DNA of 64,000 nt from an uncultured delta proteobacterium (GCA_963775425.1 CAVZJB010000011.1:768001-832000); one strand, 5' to 3'. Counted from the stretch's first letter, positions 1 through 11,882 are shown. Numbers and translations are program-made. Notes: generated by a model not told the origin, from the letters alone.

Positions 1-403
1 CCGAGCGTGTGCGGGCCGCGGCGCACGAACGTCGCCGTCGTGGTCACCGTGGCCACCTCGCCTGCGCCGAGGGCCACGGCGTGCCGGCGATCGGGGTCGC
101 CGCCCACGGGGAGCGCGCGCGCGGGCAGCGAGTCGACGACGTCGAGGACCACGCCGCTTTGCGCCGGCGCCGCGAGCGAGAGCCTCAGGTCGGCGGCGCG
201 GCCCTCGACGAAGTGCTCGGGCAGGATGCGCTCCACGCGCACGCCCCTGGGCGAGCGCGCGAACACCGCGTCGGCGGCGGCGGCGAGCGCGACGCCCGCG
301 AGGACGAAGATGGCGGCCTCGCCGAACGCGGGCACGCCGAGGCCCATGGCGCCGACGATGGCGACGACGACGAGCAGCCACAAGGCGCGCTCGGTGGGCT
401 CGA

Positions 404-407
<4 letters not shown>
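1..407 (-). CDS. DUF58 domain protein, N-terminal part (runs off window)
   Basis: Own translation [24 protein letters not shown]...[14 protein letters not shown]...RRGPHTLG. ATGA overlap with the MoxR stop; usual MoxR partner. Confidence 0.8.
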
Positions 408-1378
<971 letters not shown>

Positions 1379-1547
1379 ATGGGGCGCACGATCGTCGACG
1401 ACGAGGGTGGCCGTCAACGGGGGCGCAGGTCGTCGCTGACGATGACGTCGTCGAGGACCATGGTGGCGGGGACGGTGCCGTCTTCGACGCGCTCGTCGCC
1501 CGTGATGTCGTTGCGCGACGCGCAGACAGCGGCGGTAGAATCGCTCC

Positions 1548-2306
1548 ATGCCTCCCGTACCCGAGCGCGGCTCTCGCAGGAGCGGCGCGCGACGAATCGC
1601 CCTCGTCATCACAGGCTGCGCGCTCGCCGCTGCGTGCGCGGCGCCGCCCCCCGCCGGCCCCGCCGTCGCCGTGCGCCTGCCCGCCGGCGACTGCCGCCCC
1701 GGCGACGACTGCGCCTTCGACTTCGGCGCCGTCGACGCCGAAGGCAGCAGCGTCCGGGCCTTCGACATCGTCAACACCGGCGACGACGACACCGAGGTCA
1801 CCAACGTCGGCCTCGTCGGCGATCCTTCGTTTCGCATCGGCTCCGCGGTGGAAGATCAACTGCACGCCGGCGGCAGCATCCCCTTCGCCATCGAGGTGAG
1901 CCCGAGGACGGCCTCGACCATCACCGCCGACCTCCGCATCACCAGCGGCGTCGGCGTCGTCGACGTCTTGTTCAGCGCCACCGGGATTGCGCGGGGCGTG
2001 GAGCTCACGCCGCACGTGTGCTCTTTCCGCGACGTCCCCGTCGGCGCCACGTCGGAGCCCTGCACGCTCACGTTCGAAAACTCCGGCGACGCCACCAGCG
2101 TCATCGACGACCTGCGGCTCGGCCCCGCCGTCTTCCAGCCCACCGCCGCGCTCGTCCTGCCGTTGTCCATCGCGCCCGGCGAGCGCGTCGACGTCGACGT
2201 CGTCGCGCGGCCCGAGGAGCGGGGCCGCGTCTCCGGCGCCGTCTCCTTCCTGAAGGACTCCATCGAGGTCAGCGGCGCCGCCGTCCTCGACGTGAACGGG
2301 ATCTGA
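1548..2306 (+). CDS. Lipoprotein with two Ig-like (choice-of-anchor D/ASH-type) domains
   Basis: Signal peptide with lipobox-like LAAAC; two FDFGAV/CSFRDV...NTGD/NSGD...IAPGE beta-sandwich repeats. Confidence 0.7.
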   Translation: MPPVPERGSRRSGARRIALVITGCALAAACAAPPPAGPAVAVRLPAGDCRPGDDCAFDFGAVDAEGSSVRAFDIVNTGDDDTEVTNVGLVGDPSFRIGSAVEDQLHAGGSIPFAIEVSPRTASTITADLRITSGVGVVDVLFSATGIARGVELTPHVCSFRDVPVGATSEPCTLTFENSGDATSVIDDLRLGPAVFQPTAALVLPLSIAPGERVDVDVVARPEERGRVSGAVSFLKDSIEVSGAAVLDVNGI

Positions 2307-3216
2307 CGAGCAGCGCCGCCAGCGCGCGCGCCTGTGCTTCGGCGGCGGGCGCCCCGCGCGCGTCGTCGCCGGCGCGCGGGGGGTCGCCGGGGCGAGGCGC
2401 CAGCGACAGCAGCGACAGCGGCACCAGCAGCGCCAGCGCGAACAGCGCCGTGAGCGGTCCGGTGCCGCGGGCGGCGGCGGCGATGAGCGCGATCTTCCTG
2501 CGCGAGCCGTGGTGCCGCTCGTCGACGACCACCGTGCGCCCGCCGGCCTCAGCGAGCAGGAACGCGGCGTTCCCCGCCTGCGCGATGCCGTCGTTGGCGA
2601 GCACCGTGGCGCTGCCGACCACGCTCACCATCCCCGCGCCGAGCGACCGCTTCACCACCACGCCGTCGTGGCCCGACGACCACGCCACGAACGCGGGCGC
2701 CTTGGGCCGCGGCTCGACGCGGCCCGTGCCGCGCACGTAGAGCGGCGGCGCGTACGCGGGCATGGATCCGGTGGCGCGCGTGAGCAGCTCGTCGCCGATG
2801 GGCACGTCGACGCGCTTGCATTCGACGCCCACCGCCTCGAGGAGCGGGCGCAGCCGCTCGTTGCGCACGCCCTCGTCGTCGTCGCACAGCACGAGGAGGT
2901 GGTCGCCTTGCTTTACGCGGCCGAGCGCCTCGTCGACGTCCGCGCGGCTCCATTCCGAGCCCTCGGGGGGAGGCACCACCAACAGCGCGCCGCCGGCGGT
3001 GCTCGACGGGAGCGGGTCGTCGAAGCGCGCGCGCACCACGACGGGCACCGCCTCCGCGGCGAGCAGGAGCCGCAGCCCGAGCAGCCCGCGCGGCGCGCCG
3101 TTTGTCACGCTGGCGGTGGGGTCGGTGTTGGCGGCGTCGCCGCAGCCCTTGATCAGCGCGGCCCCGAGCACGACGAGGAGCACCGTGACGACGACGATGC
3201 GGCCCGCGCCGCTCAT
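2269..3216 (-). CDS. DUF4350 domain membrane protein
   Basis: N-terminal [50 protein letters not shown]-terminal TM; MoxR operon context. Confidence 0.8.
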   Translation of the reverse strand: MSGAGRIVVVTVLLVVLGAALIKGCGDAANTDPTASVTNGAPRGLLGLRLLLAAEAVPVVVRARFDDPLPSSTAGGALLVVPPPEGSEWSRADVDEALGRVKQGDHLLVLCDDDEGVRNERLRPLLEAVGVECKRVDVPIGDELLTRATGSMPAYAPPLYVRGTGRVEPRPKAPAFVAWSSGHDGVVVKRSLGAGMVSVVGSATVLANDGIAQAGNAAFLLAEAGGRTVVVDERHHGSRRKIALIAAAARGTGPLTALFALALLVPLSLLSLAPRPGDPPRAGDDARGAPAAEAQARALAALLVRSRSRRGRRRR

Positions 3217-4118
3217 GCGGCGCCCTCGGCGGCGGCGAGGCGGCGGGCGGCGTCGTCGACGCTGCGCAGGAAGGCGAAGGCGTCGTCGAGCGCAGCCGGC
3301 TTGCCGAAGAACATGGCGTCGAAGGAGGCGAGGGCCGGGCGCACGGTGTCGGCGACGTCGGCGCGCAGCCGCCGCAGGATCTCGCGATGCGTGCGCGCCG
3401 GCGTGACGGCGCGCGCGTCGAGCTCGCCCACGCGGGCGAGCAGCGCGGCCTCGCCGGCGCGCAGGGCGCCGCGGGCGTCGCCGCCGTCGAGCGCGCGCTG
3501 CGCCTGCTCGCGCCAGGCGGCGAAGGCGCGGGTGCGCTCGCGGATGACGGCGGCCGCCGTGCGCGCCGCCGCCCGCGCCTTCTTCGTGCGGCGGAAATTG
3601 CGCGCGAGGCGCACGGCGACGAGCAAGACGACGACGGCGAGCAGCGAGAGGTACACGAGGCGCGCGCTGGTCGCGTACGCGCGCAGGCCCGCGCTCTCGA
3701 ACAGCGACGCGAGCCACGCCTGGACGCGGTGCTCGATGCGGTCGATGAGATCGTCGCCCGTGCGCACGCCGCCGAAGCGCGGATCGCGGGCCATGATGCC
3801 GGCCACCTCGGCGGCGGGGTCTCCCTCGCGCGGCCTCGGGGCGCAGCCGTCGCGCAGGGCGCCGCCGACGACCTCCCACGAGCGCCCGAGCGAGCCCTCG
3901 TCGCCGGCGAGCTCCCGGGCCCGGGCGGTCACGGGCGCGGCGTCGGCGGGCAGCAGCGCGAGCACCTCGTCGAGCTTGTGCATGTCGTCGGCGCCCTCGG
4001 CCGCGAGGGCCTCCGCCCTCGCACACCACGGCGCCGCCTCCGCGGGGGACGAGCCGGCAGCGGGGGACGCGGCGACGGCGGGCGACGCGGCGAGGAGCGC
4101 GACGGCGAGCGGGATCAC
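3213..4118 (-). CDS. DUF4129 domain protein
   Basis: GTG start overlapping the upstream stop; C-terminal GDARGALR...PARTHREI...FDAMFFG pattern. Confidence 0.7.
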   Translation of the reverse strand: MIPLAVALLAASPAVAASPAAGSSPAEAAPWCARAEALAAEGADDMHKLDEVLALLPADAAPVTARARELAGDEGSLGRSWEVVGGALRDGCAPRPREGDPAAEVAGIMARDPRFGGVRTGDDLIDRIEHRVQAWLASLFESAGLRAYATSARLVYLSLLAVVVLLVAVRLARNFRRTKKARAAARTAAAVIRERTRAFAAWREQAQRALDGGDARGALRAGEAALLARVGELDARAVTPARTHREILRRLRADVADTVRPALASFDAMFFGKPAALDDAFAFLRSVDDAARRLAAAEGAA

Positions 4119-5071
4119 GGCGGGGACGGGGCCGCCGGCTCGAGGTCGAGGGCTTCGTAGCGGACGCGCAGGTCGTAATAGAAGAGCGTCATCAGGGCGC
4201 CCGAGAAGGGGATGATGAGCGTGGTGCTCGCCACCTGGAGGAGCCCGAACGGGATGATGAACCAGATGGGCATGGACGCGAGCGGTGGGAGGCCGTCGGC
4301 GATGGACCACCCGCTCGCCATGGCGATGAAGAGGCGGGGCAGGGCGAAGAGGGACTGCAGCGGACCGGAGATCGCGAACACGACGAGATAGAGCATGCTC
4401 ACGCGGAACTTGGGCGCCGCGAAGAAGGGCAGCCCCCGCCCGGCGGTGAGCTCCTTGCTTCGCCGCAGCGCGCCGGTGCCGGCGCACCCCTCGACGACGA
4501 TGGCGGGGGTGATCAGCGACCAGCGCAGAAACAGGAAGACGAACCCGATGATGCCGAGCGCGAAGAGCGCCAGCGCGGCCACGCCGCCGGCGACGCCCGC
4601 GGCTCTTTCACCCGAGGTGAACCCGACGACGGCGCCGACGGCGGCGGCGAGCGCCGGCACGAACGCGGCGAGCAGGAGCAGCGTGACCAGGAGCGTGGTC
4701 AGCACCGTGGCCGCGCCGCGGTCGGCGACGGCGCGGAGCGCCTCGGGCACCGTCGGGACGCGTCGCTCCCAGCCCGCCGACGCCATGGCCGTCGACGCGA
4801 CGCTCGCGAGCACCACGGCGAGCTGCCCGCCGAACAGCAGGCCGAGCCCGCCGACGGCGGAGCCGAGCACGGTGACGAGGTCGCCGGTCCCCGCGCGCGT
4901 GGGATCGAGGTTCTTCAAGACCGCGAAGGCCGACTGCGCCGCCTCCGACAGCAGCACGTTGGCGGCGCAGAAGGGCAGCGCCATCACATAGAAGACCTTG
5001 AAGTGGCGCCGGAGCAGAGCGATGGAGTCGCTCAAGATCTCCCCGGTGGTGCGCGGCACCCGCTCGGTCAT
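4115..5071 (-). CDS. Multi-pass membrane protein (GPDPase-membrane-domain-like) of the MoxR operon
   Basis: PRTTGEILSDSIALLRRHF start, PAIVVEG...ALRRSKEL, LFYYDLRVRYEALDL end. Confidence 0.75.
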   Translation of the reverse strand: MTERVPRTTGEILSDSIALLRRHFKVFYVMALPFCAANVLLSEAAQSAFAVLKNLDPTRAGTGDLVTVLGSAVGGLGLLFGGQLAVVLASVASTAMASAGWERRVPTVPEALRAVADRGAATVLTTLLVTLLLLAAFVPALAAAVGAVVGFTSGERAAGVAGGVAALALFALGIIGFVFLFLRWSLITPAIVVEGCAGTGALRRSKELTAGRGLPFFAAPKFRVSMLYLVVFAISGPLQSLFALPRLFIAMASGWSIADGLPPLASMPIWFIIPFGLLQVASTTLIIPFSGALMTLFYYDLRVRYEALDLEPAAPSPP

Positions 5072-5127
5072 CGCGCCCCCTGGGCGGTCCATTTGGCCCT
5101 CCGCCCGAAGACGCTAGCATTGCCACG

Positions 5128-6714
5128 ATGCGCACACCCACCCTGAGCGTGGCCGCCGGCCTCGTCCTCGTCCCGGCGCTCGCCGCGTTGCTCGCCGCCG
5201 CCCCCGGCCACGCCGAACCTGCCGCGGGCGGCGCCAGCACCGCCGCGGCCGGCGGCGCCACCGCCGCGGCCGGCGCCGCCACCACCGGGGATGCCGCCGC
5301 CCCGGGTGCGGCGCCCCATGAGCTCGCCGGCGCCCAGGCCTTCGAGGACAAGCTCGCCACCGGCGCCCTCGAGGCCGGCGCCATCAAGCCGTGCACCGCG
5401 TCCGCGTCGTTGGACGCCCCCGAGGACGGCTCGTTGTCGGGGAAGATCAAAAACGCCCTCGCCGCCGGCAACATCGCCATCGCGCTCGTGCTCGTCCTCT
5501 TCGGTGGGTTTTTGACGGCGCTGTCGCCGTGCGTCTACCCGCTCATCCCCATCACGCTCTCCATCCTCGGCGCGCGGCAGGCCGGGTCGCACACCAAGGG
5601 GTTCCTCCTCGCGAGCACGTACGTCGGCGGCATGGTGATCCTCTACTCCACGCTCGGCGTCGCGTTCGCCGCGTTCGGCTTCCTCGCGGGGTCGGCGCTG
5701 CAAAGCCCCGTCGTCACCATCGGCGTCGCGCTCTTTTGCATGCTGATGGCCGCGAGCATGTTCGGGGCGTTCGAGCTCGCTTTGCCCTCGAGCGTCCAGA
5801 CCCGGCTGTCCCAGGCCGGCGGCGGCGGCTTCAAGGGCGCCTTCATCATGGGCCTCGTCGCGGGCATCATCGCGGCGCCCTGCACGGGCCCCGTGCTGAG
5901 CTTCATCCTGGCGCTCATCGCCCGCGACGGCTCCGTGGCCAAGGGCGCGCTCTTGATGTTGACCTACGCGCTCGGCATGGGCTTCCCGTTCCTCGTGCTC
6001 GGGACCTTCTCGCAGGCGGTGGCGCGCATGCCCAAGAGCGGCCGCTGGATGGAGGTGGTGAAGAGCATCTTCGGCCTCCTGATGCTCGGCGCCGGCCTCT
6101 ATTACCTGCGCATCGGCGTCCCCGCCGTCGGCGACGCCTTCGCCCCGCTCGGCAAGAGCCCGTGGCTCGGCCCCGCGCTCGTGGTGCTCGGCGTCCTCCT
6201 GGGCGCGCTGCACCTGTCGTTCAAGATGAGCTCCTCGCCGGAGAAGGCCCGCAAGGCGGCCGGCGTCGCCCTCGCCACCCTCGGCATCGTCTCGTTCATC
6301 GCCTGGGCGGTGGCCGGCCCCGCGGAGAGCGCGGCCGGGGGCATCGCCTGGACCGTGGTGAAGAACGAGGCCGACGGCACCGCCAAGGTGGACGCCGCGC
6401 TCGCCGCCGCGAAGAAGGACTGCAAGCCCGCGATGATCGACTTCTTCGCCGAGTGGTGCGTCGCCTGCAAAGAGCTCGACCACAAGACCTACGTCGACGG
6501 CGCCGTCCAGCAGGAGGCGCAGCGCTTCGCCGCGCTGAAGATCGACGCCACCGACGACTCGCCCGCGCTCGACGCGCTCCGCAAGCGCTACGGCGTCCAG
6601 GGCCTGCCGACGGTGGTCTTCGTCGACGGCAACGGCACGGTCCGCGAGCGCCCGCGCATCACCGGCTTCGTCGACGCGCCGACGTACCTGGAGCTGATGA
6701 AGTCCGTGCGCTGA
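5128..6714 (+). CDS. dsbD: Thiol:disulfide interchange protein (DsbD membrane domain + thioredoxin)
   Basis: LSPCVYPLIPI and AAPCTGP transmembrane cysteines; IDFFAEWCVACKE thioredoxin motif. Confidence 0.92.
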   Translation: MRTPTLSVAAGLVLVPALAALLAAAPGHAEPAAGGASTAAAGGATAAAGAATTGDAAAPGAAPHELAGAQAFEDKLATGALEAGAIKPCTASASLDAPEDGSLSGKIKNALAAGNIAIALVLVLFGGFLTALSPCVYPLIPITLSILGARQAGSHTKGFLLASTYVGGMVILYSTLGVAFAAFGFLAGSALQSPVVTIGVALFCMLMAASMFGAFELALPSSVQTRLSQAGGGGFKGAFIMGLVAGIIAAPCTGPVLSFILALIARDGSVAKGALLMLTYALGMGFPFLVLGTFSQAVARMPKSGRWMEVVKSIFGLLMLGAGLYYLRIGVPAVGDAFAPLGKSPWLGPALVVLGVLLGALHLSFKMSSSPEKARKAAGVALATLGIVSFIAWAVAGPAESAAGGIAWTVVKNEADGTAKVDAALAAAKKDCKPAMIDFFAEWCVACKELDHKTYVDGAVQQEAQRFAALKIDATDDSPALDALRKRYGVQGLPTVVFVDGNGTVRERPRITGFVDAPTYLELMKSVR

Positions 6715-7443
6715 CTACGGGCGGCCGACGACGTCGAGGTCGACGAGGAGGTCGGTGACGATGCTGTCGACGAGGGCGCCGGCGCCGCCGCTGCCGTCGT
6801 CGGTGGTGGCGTAGTCGACGCCGTCGATGGTGGTCTTGGCGACGATGTCGTAGCTGGCGCCGACGGTGACGGGCTCGAAGTCGAAGGTGGCGGTGCCGCC
6901 GGCGCAGGTGACGGTCTTGTCCTGAACCACGACGTCCTCACCGAGCGGCGCGCTGTTTTCGCGCAGGGTGAAGGTGAAGCTCTGGGCGCCGGCGTCGCCG
7001 CAGTCCTGGCCGATGACGGTGAAGCGCGAGTGGAGCCGCCCCTTCACGAGGGCGATGTCCGTGTTCACCGGGGCCGACGCGTCCTCGCCCGGGTAGGCGC
7101 CGGCGCCGGGCGCGAGCGCGATGGGGCCGACGGTCCCGAAGAGCACGTCCTTGCCCTCGACCTTCTCGACGAGGTCGAGGAAGAGATTGGAGAAGGCCGC
7201 CGACTGCACGGTGGCTGCGGCGTCGCCGCACTTGGCGACCGTGGTCTCCTCGACGGGGCTCGCGTCCTGGCTGTCGCGCTGCTCGAGGCGGAGCTGGACG
7301 GTGGCGTCCGTGAGCGCGCCGCACTCGTCGGCGGGCGCGAAGCCGTCGATGGTCCAGGCGACATTGACGTCGAAGCGCGGCGCGCAGCCGGCGAAGAGCG
7401 CGGCGGCGACGGGGACGAGGAGGGCGAACGGAACGCGGGTCAT
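6715..7443 (-). CDS. Hypothetical lipoprotein
   Basis: Lipobox LFAGC; two Cys-containing beta-rich repeats; GC3-biased codons. Confidence 0.7.
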   Translation of the reverse strand: MTRVPFALLVPVAAALFAGCAPRFDVNVAWTIDGFAPADECGALTDATVQLRLEQRDSQDASPVEETTVAKCGDAAATVQSAAFSNLFLDLVEKVEGKDVLFGTVGPIALAPGAGAYPGEDASAPVNTDIALVKGRLHSRFTVIGQDCGDAGAQSFTFTLRENSAPLGEDVVVQDKTVTCAGGTATFDFEPVTVGASYDIVAKTTIDGVDYATTDDGSGGAGALVDSIVTDLLVDLDVVGRP

Positions 7444-7510
7444 GGATCGGGCCTCGGTCTTCAGGGAGCCCGTTTCTGCCATGGTTGCGTGCCGTCGTCG
7501 AGCGCGCGGC

Positions 7511-8455
7511 TCAACGGACGATGAACCGGCGGGGGTTCACCGGAACACCGTTGATGCGCACCTCGTAGTGGAGGTGCGGTCCGGTGGAGCGGCCCGTGGT
7601 GCCGATCTTCCCGATGTGCTGGCCGCGCTCCACCTTGTCGCCGGGCTTCACCAGGATGGACGACAGGTGGCCGTAGAGCGTGGTGATGCCGCCGCGCATG
7701 TGGTCGACGACGATGCAGTTGCCGTAGGCGGCGTGCTCGCCGGCGAGGATGACCACGCCGCTGGCGGGGGCGACGACGTCGGTGCCCTCGCGGGCGGCGA
7801 TGTCGAGGCCGGAGTGGAAGGAGTGCTCCCCGGTGAAGGGGTCCTCGCGGCTGCCGAAGCCCGAGGTCAGAAGGCCACGCGCCGGCGCGATGGACGGCGT
7901 GGACTTCAGCATGATCTCCTGCTTGCCGAAGTAGTCCACCAGCTCCGACAGCGACTGCAGCTCGCGGTTGGCCTCCTGGGCCAGGCCAGCCACGCGGCTG
8001 TCGAGGAGCGCGTTCCTGAGCTGCTCGACGGCCGGGTCGTCGCCCACGGCGGGCACGGCGAAGGGATCGATCTCGCTCGGGACGTCGGCGCCGCCCTGGG
8101 GGTTGGCCTTGAGCGGGCCCATGGCCAGCCCGCGCTCGTCGTCGCGCAGGTCCGTCATGGCGCGCAGCTTCTCGTCGAACTGCTTGACCTGGACGATGCG
8201 CGCGTCGACGTCGTCGACCTTGGACTCGAGCAGCGCGATGCGGTCCTTGAGCTTGCCGTTCTCCTCGCGGAGCGTGCGCGCCTCGAACACCTGGCCGACG
8301 ATGTACGCGTAGTGCACCATCAGCGACAGGATGGCGCCCACGATGGCGACGACGACGATGGCGCCGAGATAGATGGCTTTCTTGGGGACCTGCACGCGCC
8401 GCACGTGCGCGTGGGCCTCCGGGACGATCATGAGAGTGAAGTTCTTGCTCGCCAC
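7511..8455 (-). CDS. M23 family peptidoglycan metalloendopeptidase with coiled coil
   Basis: HSGLD, YGHL, GRSTGPHLHYEV; N-terminal TM and coiled coil. Confidence 0.95.
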   Translation of the reverse strand: MASKNFTLMIVPEAHAHVRRVQVPKKAIYLGAIVVVAIVGAILSLMVHYAYIVGQVFEARTLREENGKLKDRIALLESKVDDVDARIVQVKQFDEKLRAMTDLRDDERGLAMGPLKANPQGGADVPSEIDPFAVPAVGDDPAVEQLRNALLDSRVAGLAQEANRELQSLSELVDYFGKQEIMLKSTPSIAPARGLLTSGFGSREDPFTGEHSFHSGLDIAAREGTDVVAPASGVVILAGEHAAYGNCIVVDHMRGGITTLYGHLSSILVKPGDKVERGQHIGKIGTTGRSTGPHLHYEVRINGVPVNPRRFIVR

Positions 8456-8576
8456 GGCGTCCGTTCAGCTCTCGGGTCTGGATCTGTGAGTCTTGTTGCG
8501 GGTATGCGTGACTAAAACGCTCGTAGATTCACTGTCAACCGGATCTCGTCGGAGACACACCCTGGACCGCAAAGGG

Positions 8577-9425
8577 TCAGGACGCCCCGGCGTTGAAGGC
8601 GGCGCCCCCCGGCACCGGCTCTTTGAAGGACTCCGCGTCGTCGTCCCAGGCCACGTCCTCGCCGTCGACGACGTAGGCCACCACGACGGTGCAGTTGTCG
8701 TCGCCACCGCGGCTGTTGGCCATGTCGATGAGGGTCTCCGGGACACGGTGCAGGAAGTTGTCGCTGACGACGTCGTTTATCTCCGGATCCGTGACCAGGT
8801 TGCACAGGCCGTCCGAGCACATGAGGTAGGCGTCCCCGGCCTTGACCTCGACCGCGATCATGTCGACCTCTACGTCGGCGTCGAAGCCCACCGATCGCGT
8901 GATGATGTTTTTGAAGCGGCTCTGGCGCGCCTGGGCCTCGGTGATGAGCCCGGCCTTGAGCTGCTCGTTGACGAGGCTGTGGTCCTCCGACAGTTGGAGG
9001 ATACGGCCGTCCCGGATCAGGTAGGCCCGGGAGTCGCCCACGTGGGCCACGAACGCGTGTTTGTCGTGGAACAGGATGGCGGTGGTGGTGGTGCCCATGC
9101 CCTGCAGCTCGCGCACCTGCTGCGACTTCTGGAAGACCGCGTTGCAGGCGCCGCGCACGGCGTCCGAGAGGAGCCGCGCGACCGGGCTGCGCTCGATGGG
9201 GCCCTCGTGCTGCGTCTCCGGGTCCACCACGGTCTTCTGGCCGCGCACGTGCTTCTCCACGGTGCGCACCGAGATGCCCGACGCCATCTCGCCGCCGGCG
9301 TGGCCACCCATGCCGTCCGCGACGATATAGAGGTTGAGGTCCGGCGCGAGGAGATAGCTGTCCTCGTTGTGGTCCCGCTTCATGCCGACGTCGGTCGAGC
9401 CCCACGAGTAAACGCGAAACTTCAT
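8577..9425 (-). CDS. PP2C-type Ser/Thr phosphatase (Stp1/IreP family)
   Basis: DVGMKRDHNED, VADGMGGHAGGE, GMGTT, HVGDSRAY, CSDGL, GGDDNCT. Confidence 0.95.
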   Translation of the reverse strand: MKFRVYSWGSTDVGMKRDHNEDSYLLAPDLNLYIVADGMGGHAGGEMASGISVRTVEKHVRGQKTVVDPETQHEGPIERSPVARLLSDAVRGACNAVFQKSQQVRELQGMGTTTTAILFHDKHAFVAHVGDSRAYLIRDGRILQLSEDHSLVNEQLKAGLITEAQARQSRFKNIITRSVGFDADVEVDMIAVEVKAGDAYLMCSDGLCNLVTDPEINDVVSDNFLHRVPETLIDMANSRGGDDNCTVVVAYVVDGEDVAWDDDAESFKEPVPGGAAFNAGAS

Positions 9426-9499
9426 GGGCAGCATGCTCGTCGATCAAACGGCGCAGGGCAAGTGTTTCGCGGGTCCCGCGGCCGCGCTAAAGGCCCCGG

Positions 9500-11875
9500 A
9501 TGGTCGCGCAGCCGAAGGCGGAAAAGAGCACTGCTCTGGGGGCCCGGTTCCTCTCGTTCATCGTCGAGCAACACCCGTTCGCCTTGCCGGCGGCGCGGGC
9601 GGCGTGGGCGAAGCACGGCGCCGATCCCGAGCGCGTCGCCGAGCAGGTCGTCGACGAGCTGCCCATCCACACCGCCGATCTCCCGGAGAGCACGCCCTTC
9701 GTCACCGCGGCCGCGCGCGTGGAGCAGGAGCGCGCGCGCCTGCGCGCCGCCGTCACGGCGTTCTTCGCGCGGGCGTCCGTCGTCGACGGCATCACCGACG
9801 AGGAGAAGCGCTGGCTTTTGAAGGGGATCATCCTCACGCGCGCCGTCGACAACCGGATGAAGCAGCTCTTCCTGTCCTCGGAGATGCGCTACGGCGAGCT
9901 CGGCTTTCAGGGCAAGGGCTTCCGCTCCCTCGGGCAGGAGGCCATCTACGGCGCCGCCCTGCGCCTGCTGCGCGGCCGGCCCGACGGCGACGTGGCCGGG
10001 CCGCTCATCCGCGATCTCGGCGTCACCCTCGCCTTCACCGACGACGTCGAGATGGCGCTGAACGCCCAGGTCGGCAAGGCCGGCCCGCCCTCCGGCGGCA
10101 AGGACCTGCACCTCGGCGATCCCGATCGCGGCATCGCCATGGTCGCGGCGCCGCTGTCCATCGCCACCTGCACCGTGGTCGGCCACGCGCTGGCCTTTCA
10201 GCGCCGCGGGGAGCGCCGCGTGGCGCTGTCGTTCATCGGCGAGGGCGGCTCGTCGCTCGGCGAGTGGCATGAGGCGATCAACTTCGCGGCGGCGATGAAG
10301 CTGCCGTGCGTGTTCTGCGTCGAAAACAACCAGACGGCGCTGTCGACGCCGGTGGGCCAGCAGAGCCGCGTGCGCGTGTTCGCCGAGAAGGCCGCCGGCT
10401 ACGGCATCCCCCACGTCACGGTCGACGGCACCGATCCCGAGGCCATCGCCGCCGCCTTCGCGTGGGCCGCCGGCCGCGCCCGCGACGGCGAGGGCCCCGC
10501 GCTCATCGAGACCGTGGCCATGCGCATGTGCGGGCACGCGCACCACGACGACATGCTCTACCTGGGCGCCGATCCGCCGCTCGGCTTCACCGTTCCGCCG
10601 CCGCCCGAGCGCGGCTACGCCGATCGGGTCGCGTACGCGCGCTGGCTCGGCCGCGACCCGCTGGCGACCTACGCGGGGAAGCTCATCGACGCCGGCGTCG
10701 TCGACGCGCGCGCGGTGTCGACGTGGCAGGAGGAGGCCGTCGCCCGCGTCGAGGAGGCGGTGGCCCGCGTCAAGGCGCGCCCCTGGCCGGACCCGGCGGA
10801 GGTGACGCGCGGCGTGTACGCCTCGGCGAGCGAGAGCGCCGCGCCCACGCCGGGCGAGGGCGCCCTGCGCGCGCTCGAGGAAGCGCCGCCCTTCGACGCG
10901 AAGGGGTCCACGTACCTCGACGCCGTCGGCAAGGGCCTCGGCGACGTGCTCGCGCAGATCCCCGAGGCGTTCCTCCTCGGCGAGGACGTGGGGCCGCCCT
11001 ACGGAAACGCGTTCCTCCTGTTGAAGCCCCTCGTGGACGCGTACCCGGACCGGCTCGTGAACACGCCGCTCGCCGAGGGCGCCATCATCGGCGCCTGCGT
11101 CGGCAGCGCTGTCGCCGGCATGAGGCCCATCGGGGAGATCCAGTTCAACGACTTCGTCGCCAGCGGCTTCAACCAGGTCGTCAACAACGCGGCCAAGCTC
11201 CATTACCGCGCGGGCACCAAGGTCCCGATGACGTTGCGCATGCCGTGGGGCGGGCTGCGGCGCGCGGGGCCGTACCACTCGCAGGACACGGCGCCGTGGT
11301 TCTACCGGACCCCAGGGCTCAAGATCGTGGCGCCGTCGACGCCGCACGACGCCCGCGCGCTGATCATGAGCGCGGTGAAGGACGACGACCCCGTCCTCTA
11401 CTACGAGCACATCGCGCTGTATCGCGATCCGAAGATCAAACAGCGCGTCGACGTCGTCACGCCCGTGCCGCTCGGCAAGGCCGCCTTCCGCCGGCTGGGC
11501 GACGACCTCTCGCTCATCGCGTACGGCGCCTACGTCCACAAGGCGTGCGCCGCCGCCGACGCGCTCGCCGCCGAGGGCTTCTCCTGCGACGTGCTCGACC
11601 TGCGCTCGCTCAAGCCCCTCGACTGGGCGCGGATCGAGGCCACGGCCAAGCACACCGGCAAGGTGCTCCTCGTCGGCGAGGACGCGCGCACGGGCTCCAT
11701 CCTCGAGTCCATCGCGGCGCGCATCGGCGAGGAGCTGTTCACCTGGCTCGACGGACCGGTGCGGGTGCTCGGCTCGCTCGACACGCCTGTCCCGTATTCC
11801 CCTTCGCTCGAGGACGCGTATCTGCTGTCCCCAGAGCGCATCCTCGAAGAAGCGCGCGCCCTCGCCCGCTGGTGA
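9500..11875 (+). CDS. 2-oxoacid dehydrogenase E1, fused alpha/beta subunits (TPP-dependent)
   Basis: GEGGSSLGEWHEAINF...VENN TPP motif; LGEDVG, NTPLAEGAIIG, EIQFNDF, GPYHSQ beta-subunit motifs. Confidence 0.92.
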   Translation: MVAQPKAEKSTALGARFLSFIVEQHPFALPAARAAWAKHGADPERVAEQVVDELPIHTADLPESTPFVTAAARVEQERARLRAAVTAFFARASVVDGITDEEKRWLLKGIILTRAVDNRMKQLFLSSEMRYGELGFQGKGFRSLGQEAIYGAALRLLRGRPDGDVAGPLIRDLGVTLAFTDDVEMALNAQVGKAGPPSGGKDLHLGDPDRGIAMVAAPLSIATCTVVGHALAFQRRGERRVALSFIGEGGSSLGEWHEAINFAAAMKLPCVFCVENNQTALSTPVGQQSRVRVFAEKAAGYGIPHVTVDGTDPEAIAAAFAWAAGRARDGEGPALIETVAMRMCGHAHHDDMLYLGADPPLGFTVPPPPERGYADRVAYARWLGRDPLATYAGKLIDAGVVDARAVSTWQEEAVARVEEAVARVKARPWPDPAEVTRGVYASASESAAPTPGEGALRALEEAPPFDAKGSTYLDAVGKGLGDVLAQIPEAFLLGEDVGPPYGNAFLLLKPLVDAYPDRLVNTPLAEGAIIGACVGSAVAGMRPIGEIQFNDFVASGFNQVVNNAAKLHYRAGTKVPMTLRMPWGGLRRAGPYHSQDTAPWFYRTPGLKIVAPSTPHDARALIMSAVKDDDPVLYYEHIALYRDPKIKQRVDVVTPVPLGKAAFRRLGDDLSLIAYGAYVHKACAAADALAAEGFSCDVLDLRSLKPLDWARIEATAKHTGKVLLVGEDARTGSILESIAARIGEELFTWLDGPVRVLGSLDTPVPYSPSLEDAYLLSPERILEEARALARW

Positions 11876-11882
11876 ACAAGAC

